Source of the DNA: Deltaproteobacteria bacterium
Lineage (GTDB): Bacteria; Desulfobacterota; Syntrophia; Syntrophales; UBA8958
NCBI GenBank assembly: GCA_026388335.1
Contig: JAPLJZ010000247.1
Coordinates: 1,233 to 65,232 of the forward strand
DNA length: 64,000 bases
Direction of reading: 5' to 3'
The number at the start of each line of letters is the position of its first letter. Position 1 is the stretch's first letter. Position numbers and translations under genes: made by a program. Shown piece by piece: positions 37,087-44,725 of the stretch. The notes below the pieces were generated by a model. The model ran no database searches. It worked only from the letters and a program-made list of their open reading frames with translations, and was not told where the DNA came from.

Positions 37087-38685
37087 TCATCCCGCCGCGG
37101 CATAGAAGTCCTTGATTTGATCCGCAACATACCGGATCTGTCTTTCATCAAGTTCCGGGTACATGGGCAGGGAGAGAATCCTTTTCGCCCCGGCTTCCGC
37201 AATCGGAAAATCACCGGTTTTATATCCCAGGTGCTGATAGGCAAGTTGGAGATGCAAAGGCGTCGGATAGTGCAGCCCCGTCGCGATGCCCTTTTCCAGA
37301 AGGTATTTCTGCAAAGCCTCACGCCTGACTGCCTGAATTACAAACAGGTGATAGACGCTGTAAACATTTTCTCTTTCCGTCGGGACCTGCACCTCCTCAA
37401 CATCTTTCAGGAATTCGCGATATAAAGCGGCATTGACCCGGCGTTTCTCCGTCCATTCCGCCAGATATTTCGCCTTCACGGAAAGCACCGCTCCCTGGAA
37501 GGCCTCCATCCGGTAATTATGACCGATCACCTGATGCTGATAACGCTGTATTTCCCCGTGCTGTCGGATCATCCTGGCCTTTTCATATAGTCCATCATCA
37601 TTGGTGATCAATGCCCCCGCCTCGCCATAAGCCCCCAAGTTCTTACCGGGGAAAAAACTGAAGGCGCCAAAAGCCCCAAAGTTCCCAACCGGTTTCTCTT
37701 GATATCGCGCCAAATGCGCCTGGCAGCAGTCTTCCACAATCGTTAAACCATACTGATCAGCCAATGCGCCGACGGCCTCCATATTAGCCGGCTGCCCGTA
37801 GAGATGCACAGGAATAATCGCCTTAATTTGAATATTCCCGCCCCCTTGACGGGGGAGGTCTGGGTGGGGGTGAAAATGGGGATGCCCTTCCATTAATTCC
37901 CTCACCTTCTCAACATCAACATTATAGTATTCATCGCAATCCACAAAAACCGGCGTAGCTCCGCAAAGCGACACCGCCTCGGCAGTAGCGATAAACGTAT
38001 TCACCGGCAGGATCACCCCATCGCCAGGTCCAATCCCCGAAGCCAGCAGGGCGATATGCAAGGCGTCCGTCCCGCTGGAGAGACCGATGCAATGCTTCGC
38101 CCCCTGCATCGCGGCGAATGCACCTTCAAATTCCTCCACATACTTCCCCAGGATAAAGGCCGTATTGGCAATAACATCCGTGAGTTTGTCATCAATTTCG
38201 TTATATGTTCGATGATGCTGCGCCTTCAGGTCGACAAATGGAACAGATGAAACCAAAGGATTGTTATTCGTCTCCTTGAAAAGCGAGACAAATTCGGCAG
38301 GTGTGAAAGCCGGCACAGGAGAACCCTGAAAATGCCTTGTGTTGCGGGTGATGATGTAATCCAGATTGAACTGGCTGGCCGCTGCCATCTTCATGTTGTC
38401 TTCAAAATCCGGAGATAACGACGCATTGGCCTCCGTGAGGGTAGATTTCCGGACCGGTAGGACGGAAAGTGAGCGCAGGTTCGTGAATATCTTGTTCCGC
38501 GCGACAAGTTCATCAAATTCCTTTTTCAGGTAGTAGTGCACCGTCGAATAAGAATCCGCGCTCAACCACCCTTCCACCTTATTCAAGGCGCAGAGATTCA
38601 GGACTGCAAAGCTGTCGAGATAAAACTCACGCCGGGGAAGCAGAATATCCAGAACCACATTGATATCGAGAAGTATCCTGATCAT
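37087..38685 (-). CDS. in-frame fusion of a PIN-domain toxin-like module (~150 aa) to a DegT/DnrJ/EryC1 sugar aminotransferase
   Basis: N-terminus MIRILLDINVVLDILL...DFEDNM...IITRNTRHF (PIN). From VPFVDLKAQ onward it is DegT-like (GLSSGTDALHIAL, SFFPGKNLGAYGEAG). The ATG at 38685 forms an ATGA overlap with the stop of the upstream DUF104 gene. Confidence 0.8.
   Translation of the reverse strand: MIRILLDINVVLDILLPRREFYLDSFAVLNLCALNKVEGWLSADSYSTVHYYLKKEFDELVARNKIFTNLRSLSVLPVRKSTLTEANASLSPDFEDNMKMAAASQFNLDYIITRNTRHFQGSPVPAFTPAEFVSLFKETNNNPLVSSVPFVDLKAQHHRTYNEIDDKLTDVIANTAFILGKYVEEFEGAFAAMQGAKHCIGLSSGTDALHIALLASGIGPGDGVILPVNTFIATAEAVSLCGATPVFVDCDEYYNVDVEKVRELMEGHPHFHPHPDLPRQGGGNIQIKAIIPVHLYGQPANMEAVGALADQYGLTIVEDCCQAHLARYQEKPVGNFGAFGAFSFFPGKNLGAYGEAGALITNDDGLYEKARMIRQHGEIQRYQHQVIGHNYRMEAFQGAVLSVKAKYLAEWTEKRRVNAALYREFLKDVEEVQVPTERENVYSVYHLFVIQAVRREALQKYLLEKGIATGLHYPTPLHLQLAYQHLGYKTGDFPIAEAGAKRILSLPMYPELDERQIRYVADQIKDFYAAAG
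37837..37882. repeat. family-B GC-hairpin repeat inserted in frame in the aminotransferase
   Basis: CCCGCCCCCTTGACGGGGGAGGTCTGGGTGGGGGTGAAAATGGGGA, read as HPHFHPHPDLPRQGGG. Confidence 0.8.
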
Positions 38686-38969
38686 CGATGCTTCCTCCAC
38701 AGGTGCTCCCGGTAGGCCTCCCTGTCGTATTTTCCCGGTGGCTGTCTCAGAATGCCCACCAATTCCAAAATATCCTTGCTGACTTCCATCCCCGGAAAAT
38801 TCTTCTGAAAATAGCTTCTGGCCTCCCCCTGATAAAGATTCACATGCTCCTCGGATGTGTGGGGTTTTTCATCACTGATCACAACAACGGCATCGGAATC
38901 CCCGTCCAGTTGCAATGGCTCGACAGGAACGAATACGCCATCTTTGTATTTTACTGAAATAACCTGCAT
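38682..38969 (-). CDS. DUF104 (AF2212-like) antitoxin-type protein, C-terminally extended
   Basis: MQVISVKYKDGVFVPVEPLQLDG..AVVVI is the DUF104 signature. Translationally coupled to the PIN fusion. Confidence 0.6.
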   Translation of the reverse strand: MQVISVKYKDGVFVPVEPLQLDGDSDAVVVISDEKPHTSEEHVNLYQGEARSYFQKNFPGMEVSKDILELVGILRQPPGKYDREAYREHLWRKHR

Positions 38970-38996
38970 TGTTAAAAACCTCCTTTACTAATTATG

Positions 38997-39480
38997 CTAA
39001 TTCCCCAAGAACATTTCCGCTACTTCTTCGACGAGATCTTTTGATTTCATCAAAGAGGTACCACCCCGGTACTTCTTCTTTAAGCGAATCAGGGGAATTT
39101 TCTCCATTTCATCCAAACGAACCATCCGGCCCCTTTCGATCAGGTGGCGATCAACGGCGGCCAATTTACCTTTGAACAGGGAATAAGTGGGGGTTCCCAG
39201 CACCGCCGCTTCCCGGTTCATGCTCCCAACAAAGCAATCCGGATTCGATACGACGTGTTCAAGGGCGGCTTCAAACAGGGGGTTCTCAAAATGATGATAC
39301 AAAGCCCGTGTGGCAGGAAGCCTCATAACAGCAAGAATTTTCCCCGGCGATATCTTGAGCCTGGAAAGGTAATCTTCAACGGGCGCAAAGTCCGCCAGAT
39401 AAATCTCTTCATTCGTTCCCTAATTTCTTACCGCCATGCTCACCGGTCGGCACATGCTTCGTGCGAAAAAGATTGATGAA
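38997..39480 (-). pseudogene. DUF354-family gene remnant, copy 1 (about the last 160 codons, frameshifted upstream)
   Basis: EEIYLADFAPVEDYLSRLKISPGKILAVMRLPATRALYHH...GSMNREAAVLGTPTYSLFKGKLAAVDRHLIE... No N-terminal half. Frame break near 39400. Confidence 0.55.
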
Positions 39481-39482
39481 CT

Positions 39483-40328
39483 TCATTCGCCCAATCCTTT
39501 CAGCAGCATGCGAACAAATCCCACTACATCCGCTTGGATATCATCATCGGGAGCTCCATGTATAAACTCAGAAACTCTTCGGGGGCCAAGGCCATCCTGG
39601 TTTAGAAAGTCACGCTTAAGAATATCAATGGTTTTTCTGGTTTCAGAGTCCTTAAGCAGGGGCCGAAGCCTGTCAACAACGTCCCCTATCCCGGCCCCAT
39701 AATTGCGAAGCACATAAAAAAGATCATAGGCATCCTTGTTTTCCCCGCGGCCATCGAACGCAAGGGTTTTCAGGACAGTATAAGCCCCGGGACCACAAAC
39801 CCATATCCTACGTGAGGCCTCCTCACCGATAATGGTTTTGCCTGAGAGCGTGATCTGTTGCCGGTCAATGAAAGCCAGTCGAAGACCGGGGGTGACAATG
39901 GCCGCAAAATCGGACTGAATGTGTTTCAACCTGCCGCCCTGATCTCTGTCGTCCGACGGAGGGATGAGAAAGTCCACCGTAACATGTCCGAAGTCCTTGA
40001 TCTTCCATCGTTGATTCGTCAAACGCCCTTCTTCATTTGTATCCGGGACGAACCCGGCCCGCCGGAGGCGTTCCGCAAGGGCTTCGTACCGTTTCTCATC
40101 AAAGATCGCCAGGCTCAAGCCGACATCCAGATCCATCGTACCCACATGAGTATCGGTCTCCGGAGAAAGGGTTGACTGGTCGATGATGAGTGAAGGAACA
40201 AGCCCGCCCACCACCACAAGCTCATCCATCAGGTCGCCCAGCTTCGTTGCTATAAAAAGACAAACAGCCCGAACAAGAGCCACCTGTTTCGGAACATAAT
40301 CGGATGCCCGTGTCGGTTTAGCGATCAC
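39483..40328 (-). CDS. nucleotidyltransferase-fold protein (AbiEii/MNT-like toxin candidate)
   Basis: LVVVGGLVPSLII...THVGTMDLDVGLSL fits the hG[GS]-x(n)-DxD NTase pattern. 11-bp overlap with the upstream wHTH gene. Confidence 0.45.
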   Translation of the reverse strand: MIAKPTRASDYVPKQVALVRAVCLFIATKLGDLMDELVVVGGLVPSLIIDQSTLSPETDTHVGTMDLDVGLSLAIFDEKRYEALAERLRRAGFVPDTNEEGRLTNQRWKIKDFGHVTVDFLIPPSDDRDQGGRLKHIQSDFAAIVTPGLRLAFIDRQQITLSGKTIIGEEASRRIWVCGPGAYTVLKTLAFDGRGENKDAYDLFYVLRNYGAGIGDVVDRLRPLLKDSETRKTIDILKRDFLNQDGLGPRRVSEFIHGAPDDDIQADVVGFVRMLLKGLGE

Positions 40329-41373
40329 TCGTCCTCCAGTTCAGGAAATCTTTACGGAGTTTTTCGGCAGCCTCTGCGGACCTTTCCGGATGATCCTTGA
40401 GATCGAGGTAAACCTGAACCGGATGAACGCAACGGATGCCTGCGACTTCACCGGCGCCATGAAATACCCCCTCGTCCTTGGGTTCAATCAGCCATACGTT
40501 GCCACCCCGAGGTTCCTCTTGAAAGCCGATCTCTGCCAACCAGGACGGCGACGGAGCCTCATTCAGGTAAATGCTTGCAGTGCGATATGCCGCAAAATGG
40601 GTGTAGAGCCAGGCCGCACCAAGGCCGGTGGCGGCATATGCGATCCCTCGATTTTGACAGTCGGCCGCCAACCGCTGTAACGCCTCTTCGCCGGTTCGCG
40701 CCGCTATATGACCTCGTATCCATGCATGCGCCTGTATTCGGTACATCTCCCTCCATGATTCCATGAGCGCTGCGGGATCCTGCACCAGCAAATTTCCCGA
40801 CTTATCGCGCCGGATCAAACCTTCATTTACCATTCGGGAGACGATCCGGCTTACAAAGCCCTCGTCCATGCCGACGGTCCGGGCCAATTCCCGCTGGGGG
40901 AAAGACTTTCCCGGATGGATGAGGAGCCAGCGGGCGATCCGCGAGCTTTTAGGTGCAAATATATCGGCCGGCCGGCCTCTGACATTGAAGCGGTTGGGAC
41001 GTCCTTCGACACGGACATGAAGTCCCGAACCCATGATCCGTCCGTTGCCGGAAAGGTCGAACCAGCCGATGCCGGCCTCTTCACAGACGGTGCGTCCGGC
41101 TGAACCCATAAAAGGGACGCAAATGACAGGCACGGCTTGTACGTCTATAGGAAGCGACAGCTTCCGGTGTTGCTCGATCGCCGTTTTCATAGGGATAATC
41201 GAACTGGACGACTTGTACACCACGACAAATAGTTTACCCAACGCCTGAAGAGCCAGATCCACGCCGGGAATCGGTTGGGCAGCAAGGACGGCATCAGGCT
41301 CGATGCCCAAAAGCTCGGAAAATACCTGGGTTGCGCCGGCTAACCAATTATTATGTTTACTTTTGTCACTCAT
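40318..41373 (-). CDS. winged-HTH regulator with AbiEi-like C-terminal domain and an extra N-terminal domain
   Basis: SFPQRELARTVGMDEGFVSRIVSRMVNEGLIRRD (MarR-like wHTH). The C-terminal VQVYLDLKDHPERSAEAAEKL resembles AbiEi antitoxins. Confidence 0.45.
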   Translation of the reverse strand: MSDKSKHNNWLAGATQVFSELLGIEPDAVLAAQPIPGVDLALQALGKLFVVVYKSSSSIIPMKTAIEQHRKLSLPIDVQAVPVICVPFMGSAGRTVCEEAGIGWFDLSGNGRIMGSGLHVRVEGRPNRFNVRGRPADIFAPKSSRIARWLLIHPGKSFPQRELARTVGMDEGFVSRIVSRMVNEGLIRRDKSGNLLVQDPAALMESWREMYRIQAHAWIRGHIAARTGEEALQRLAADCQNRGIAYAATGLGAAWLYTHFAAYRTASIYLNEAPSPSWLAEIGFQEEPRGGNVWLIEPKDEGVFHGAGEVAGIRCVHPVQVYLDLKDHPERSAEAAEKLRKDFLNWRTSDR

Positions 41374-41381
41374 GCTTGACT

Positions 41382-41401
41382 AAATAAGGCAACTTGATCG
41401 A
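41382..41401 (-). promoter_or_regulatory. palindrome ACTTGA-N8-TCAAGT just upstream of the wHTH gene (possible operator)
   Basis: Arms at 41382-41387 and 41396-41401. The centre contains GATCGATC. Confidence 0.25.
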
Positions 41402-41447
41402 TCAGTCAAGTGAAATAATTTACTCATATCTCTCCGTTTATTCCTCC

Positions 41448-41649
41448 AAAAACATTCCCGCTACCTCTTCGACAAGATCTTTTGATTTCATCAGCGAGGA
41501 GTCACCCCGGTCCTTCTTCTTCAGGCGAATCAAGGGAATTTTCTCCATTTCATCCAAATGAACCATCCGGCCCTTTTCGATCAGGTGGCGATCAACGGCG
41601 GCTAATTTACCTTTAAACAGGGAATAAGTCGGCGTTCCCAGGACCGCCG
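41448..41649 (-). pseudogene. DUF354 remnant, copy 2 (last ~66 codons)
   Basis: Reads AAVLGTPTYSLFKGKLAAVDRHLIEKGRMVHLDEMEKIPLIRLKKKDRGDSSLMKSKDLVEEVAGMFLEE*. DNA is ~85-90 percent identical by eye to copies 1 and 3. Confidence 0.6.
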
Positions 41650-41738
41650 CCTCCAGTTCAGGAAATCTTTACGGAGTTGTTCGGCAGCCTCCGCAGACCT
41701 TTCCGGATGATCCTTGAGATCGAGGTAAATCTGAACCG
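41650..41738 (-). pseudogene. duplicated 3-prime end of the AbiEi-like gene fused to DUF354 copy 2
   Basis: The 89 bp match 40333-40421 with about 5 mismatches. Reads VQIYLDLKDHPERSAEAAEQLRKDFLNW in its own frame. Confidence 0.7.
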
Positions 41739-41756
41739 TGCATTAAGTTTTGTGTC

Positions 41757-41803
41757 CCCATATTCCCCCCCCATATTCCCCCGGCCTTCGCTGGGATGAC
41801 AGG
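41757..41803. repeat. tandem CCCATATTCCCCC x2 followed by a family-C-like core (ATTCCCCCGGCCTTCGCTGGGATGACAGG)
   Basis: Direct reading. Compare GGATTCCTGCCTTCGCCGGAATGACGA at 13593-13619. Confidence 0.6.
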
Positions 41804-41816
41804 AAAGTGTAGATTT

Positions 41817-42245
41817 TCAAAGGTCCCTCTGGCGGAAGGCGGCGGCGGTCATGATGGGGATATTACGGAAACTGCCGAGAGTGAGGAGATCTTTGTCTCC
41901 GCTTATGATGCAATCGGCGCTTGCGGCCACGGCGCAGGACAGGAATGGATCATCCGCCGGATCCCGGCACACGCTAAGGATCGCTTCCCCAATCTCGACT
42001 ACTTCGCAAAAAGGCAGTACCTCGTCTTCGATGAGGGCGGCGATTTCCTGAATCGTCAGAGAAAATTTCGGATATGAGAGGACCCTCCTAAACTCGTCAA
42101 AGGTTTCGCGCGAAAAAACCGGAACAAATGCGCCGGATTTCCAACCTTCGACGATCCATCCCAGCTCTCCGGAAAAAAGCAGCGCGGAAACAAGGACATT
42201 CGTGTCCAGAACGACCCGGATCACGTCTCTTTCTTTCTCGCCCAA
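41817..42245 (-). CDS. PIN-domain toxin (TIGR00305-like)
   Basis: IRVVLDTNVLVSALLFSG...CAVAASADCIISGDKDLL. Confidence 0.8.
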   Translation of the reverse strand: MGEKERDVIRVVLDTNVLVSALLFSGELGWIVEGWKSGAFVPVFSRETFDEFRRVLSYPKFSLTIQEIAALIEDEVLPFCEVVEIGEAILSVCRDPADDPFLSCAVAASADCIISGDKDLLTLGSFRNIPIMTAAAFRQRDL

Positions 42246-42460
42246 CGGATTGCGTCGGTCACCTCGTCCGGCGTTATCCCGAGTTTCTCCATCTTCTTAC
42301 GGATCCCATCCAGATTGGCGCCCAAGGGCTGCATTCTTACGGGCGCCAGGAGGATACGCCCATCTGCCACGGCGACATCGAAATACGTGATCCCCTGGAA
42401 CTCTTTAACAATGTCCCGTGGTAGCGTAAGCTGATTTTTTGTGGTGAGTTTGGCAAGCAT
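42221..42460 (-). CDS. AbrB/SpoVT-family antitoxin
   Basis: MLAKLTTKNQLTLPRDIVKEF (SpoVT-AbrB swapped-hairpin motif). Overlaps the PIN gene by 25 bp. Confidence 0.75.
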   Translation of the reverse strand: MLAKLTTKNQLTLPRDIVKEFQGITYFDVAVADGRILLAPVRMQPLGANLDGIRKKMEKLGITPDEVTDAIRWARKKET

Positions 42461-42612
42461 TCCTTACCTCCTTACAACAAGGATACATTCCATTCGAACA
42501 TCCGTCAAGAAAAAACACGCAAGCTGTCAAGAACAAGCGAGGAAGTGTCTCATTTACATTGGTACATGAGGGAGGGTGAATAAAGAGGTTTCTGTCCCTA
42601 TTTTCTCCAATT

Positions 42613-43011
42613 TTATCGCCAGTCTTCCAGATGCAGGTCAACAACTCTTTCAAATTCTTTGGTGTTGTTAGTCACCAATATCATGTCTCGTGATCGGGCA
42701 AGACCTGCTATTAGAAGATCATAAGGTCCAATTGATATTCCTTTCTTTTCAAGTTGTGCACGAATGGCTGCGGCTTCAATCGCAGCGGAACGATCCAGGT
42801 CAATAATGTTCAATGGCAGAAGGAATTTGTCAAGAGCATCCTCGGAACGTTGCCTGAATTGACTTTTTTCAACCCCGTATTGAAGCTCAAAGAGGGTGAT
42901 TGTGGAAATTGCAACATCCTGTGGTGAATGTTCCCGGAATCGCTCAAGAATCTCTGGTGAGTGTTTTTTGATGAGATAGATGCAAATATTGGTATCAAAC
43001 AGATAGCGCAT
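42613..43011 (-). CDS. vapC: VapC-type PIN ribonuclease toxin
   Basis: MRYLFDTNICIYLIKK...LVTNNTKEFERV. Abuts vapB with a 1-nt coordinate overlap at 43011 (ORF-track coordinates). Confidence 0.9.
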   Translation of the reverse strand: MRYLFDTNICIYLIKKHSPEILERFREHSPQDVAISTITLFELQYGVEKSQFRQRSEDALDKFLLPLNIIDLDRSAAIEAAAIRAQLEKKGISIGPYDLLIAGLARSRDMILVTNNTKEFERVVDLHLEDWR

Positions 43012-43241
43012 CAGAAGGATTCTCTTTTCTGCATGTCTGGTTGATTACGCCCGTCTTTCATGAAATCTTCCGGAAATTCACTGAGCGATTCAAACAACGG
43101 GTCCCATGTCGTTTCTATGGGCTCCAGAATAACATGATTGCCTTTCCTAAATATTTTTACCTCATTTCCGGGAATTCTGAATTCCTTGGGCAGCCTTACT
43201 GCTTGAGAACTCCCATTCTGAAACAACTTTGCTGTATCCAT
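43011..43241 (-). CDS. vapB: VapB antitoxin (AbrB/MazE fold)
   Basis: MDTAKLFQNGSSQAVRLPKEFRIPGNEVKIFRKGNHVILEP. Confidence 0.85.
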   Translation of the reverse strand: MDTAKLFQNGSSQAVRLPKEFRIPGNEVKIFRKGNHVILEPIETTWDPLFESLSEFPEDFMKDGRNQPDMQKRESF

Positions 43242-43245
43242 TTTA

Positions 43246-43572
43246 TCACCTCTCTATTTCGTATATATTTTTAGTATATACACCAATGATCGTAAAATCA
43301 AGGAACATTTCCGCGACTTCTTCGACAAGATCTTTTGATTTCATCAATGAGGAACCATTCTGATCCTTCTTCTTCAGGAGAACCAGGGGAATTTTCTCCA
43401 TTTCATCCAAATGAACCATCCGGCCCTTTTCGATCAGGTGGCGATCAACGGCGGCCAATTTTCCTTTGAACAGGGAATAAGTGGGGGTTCCCAGCACCAC
43501 TGCTTCCCTGTTCATGCTCCCGCCACCGCTGATTAAGAGCCCCGCGTGGTACATGGGATTGGGTCTGTCCAA
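43246..43572 (-). pseudogene. DUF354 remnant, copy 3 (last ~100 codons), abutting the AT-rich cassette
   Basis: HAGLLISGGGSMNREAVVLGTPTYSLFKGKLAAVDRHLIEKGRMVHLDEMEKIPL... Only 18 bp separate it from the stop of the upstream GT4 gene. No N-terminal half is present. Confidence 0.6.
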
Positions 43573-43590
43573 GGCGTGATCGGTGTATCG

Positions 43591-44703
43591 CTATGCAAAC
43601 GAATGATAGAGTTCATCATACTGCTGTGCTAAATTATCCCATGAAAACTTGCCACGCACCCAATTTTGTGCTTTTAATCCCATCGCTTTAACTATCTCAG
43701 GATTTTGCATAGCCCATTCAATTTTTGACTTTAAATCATTCGAGTCGTCAACTTTAAAAAATAAAGCATGATCATTATCTAATACAGCCTTATTCGCATG
43801 AATATTGCTACATATTATTGGAACACCGAGCGCTGCCGCTTCCAACAAAGCCATTGACATTCCTTCGCTGATTGATGGCATTATAAATAAACTACACATC
43901 TTGATTATCCCAAACAAGGCGTATTCATTAGAAATAAACGGTATGTAGATTACATTCTCATTTGACATGGATTTTAGCATTCGAGAATATGCGGGATGTG
44001 CTTGTGATAGATCTCCAATGATAATTAATTTTTTTGTACTGCCTAATTGCTGAAAAGCACCCAGCAGAACATGCGCACCTTTTAGAGGAATAATCCTCCC
44101 TGCAACAAAAACGAAATATTCATCCGTATCAATATTTAAGCCGGAATTTTTTAAAATCTTTTTTGACTCAGCAAGATCCACCTTTTCTTCATCATCAATT
44201 CCATTAGGAATATAATGGACGATACGATGGCATTTCATACTCAAATACCGTGCATCAATCGCGGAAACACTTGTGCTGGCGCTGGCCAGTTGAGCAAATA
44301 AATATTCGATCGAGTTTAATAAAAGAACAGCAAAAGAATTCCACTTATTTCCTTTGGTAAATCTTCCATGGGCCGTTGCTATCACAGGATATTTAAAGCG
44401 AAGAATTGGTAGGACGATACTTGCTTCTATATTATGCAGATGTATTAAATCATATTTTCTGAATAATATTGCATGGAATGCTGCAATCAGATCAACGGTT
44501 AGCATTCTAAATACTTTTCCAGGTAAACCTTTAATCCTTATAAGTTCAACATTTTGTAATTTGAAATTTGGGGGTGTATAATGACTGCTGCAGTAGACTG
44601 TCACTTGATGGTTTACAGAAATTCTTTTTACGAGGGCTTCAACGACACGTTCCGCGCCGCCTTTTGATGGTAAACCCTTTATGCCAATATAGGCTATTTT
44701 CAA
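43591..44703 (-). CDS. GT4 glycosyltransferase
   Basis: KIAYIGIKGLPSKGGAERVVE... and a C-terminal EGMSMALLEAAALGVPII (E-x7-E region). The track ORF runs to 44844; TTG at 44703 gives the usual GT4 N-terminus. Confidence 0.8.
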   Translation of the reverse strand: MKIAYIGIKGLPSKGGAERVVEALVKRISVNHQVTVYCSSHYTPPNFKLQNVELIRIKGLPGKVFRMLTVDLIAAFHAILFRKYDLIHLHNIEASIVLPILRFKYPVIATAHGRFTKGNKWNSFAVLLLNSIEYLFAQLASASTSVSAIDARYLSMKCHRIVHYIPNGIDDEEKVDLAESKKILKNSGLNIDTDEYFVFVAGRIIPLKGAHVLLGAFQQLGSTKKLIIIGDLSQAHPAYSRMLKSMSNENVIYIPFISNEYALFGIIKMCSLFIMPSISEGMSMALLEAAALGVPIICSNIHANKAVLDNDHALFFKVDDSNDLKSKIEWAMQNPEIVKAMGLKAQNWVRGKFSWDNLAQQYDELYHSFA

Positions 44704-44725
44704 TTTCTGGACCGGTATAGCGTTG

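Noticed and set aside
12284-41803. Possibility that the recurring GC-rich hairpin repeats form a CRISPR array.
   Set aside because: Copies are dispersed over 30 kb, belong to three different families, occur in both orientations and have no regular repeat-spacer periodicity. No cas genes are present.
38969-43590. Chromosomal integron cassette array, given same-orientation TA cassettes separated by repeats.
   Set aside because: The repeats are protein-coding DUF354 fragments of 200-330 bp, not attC-like imperfect palindromes. No intI gene or attI is visible in the window.
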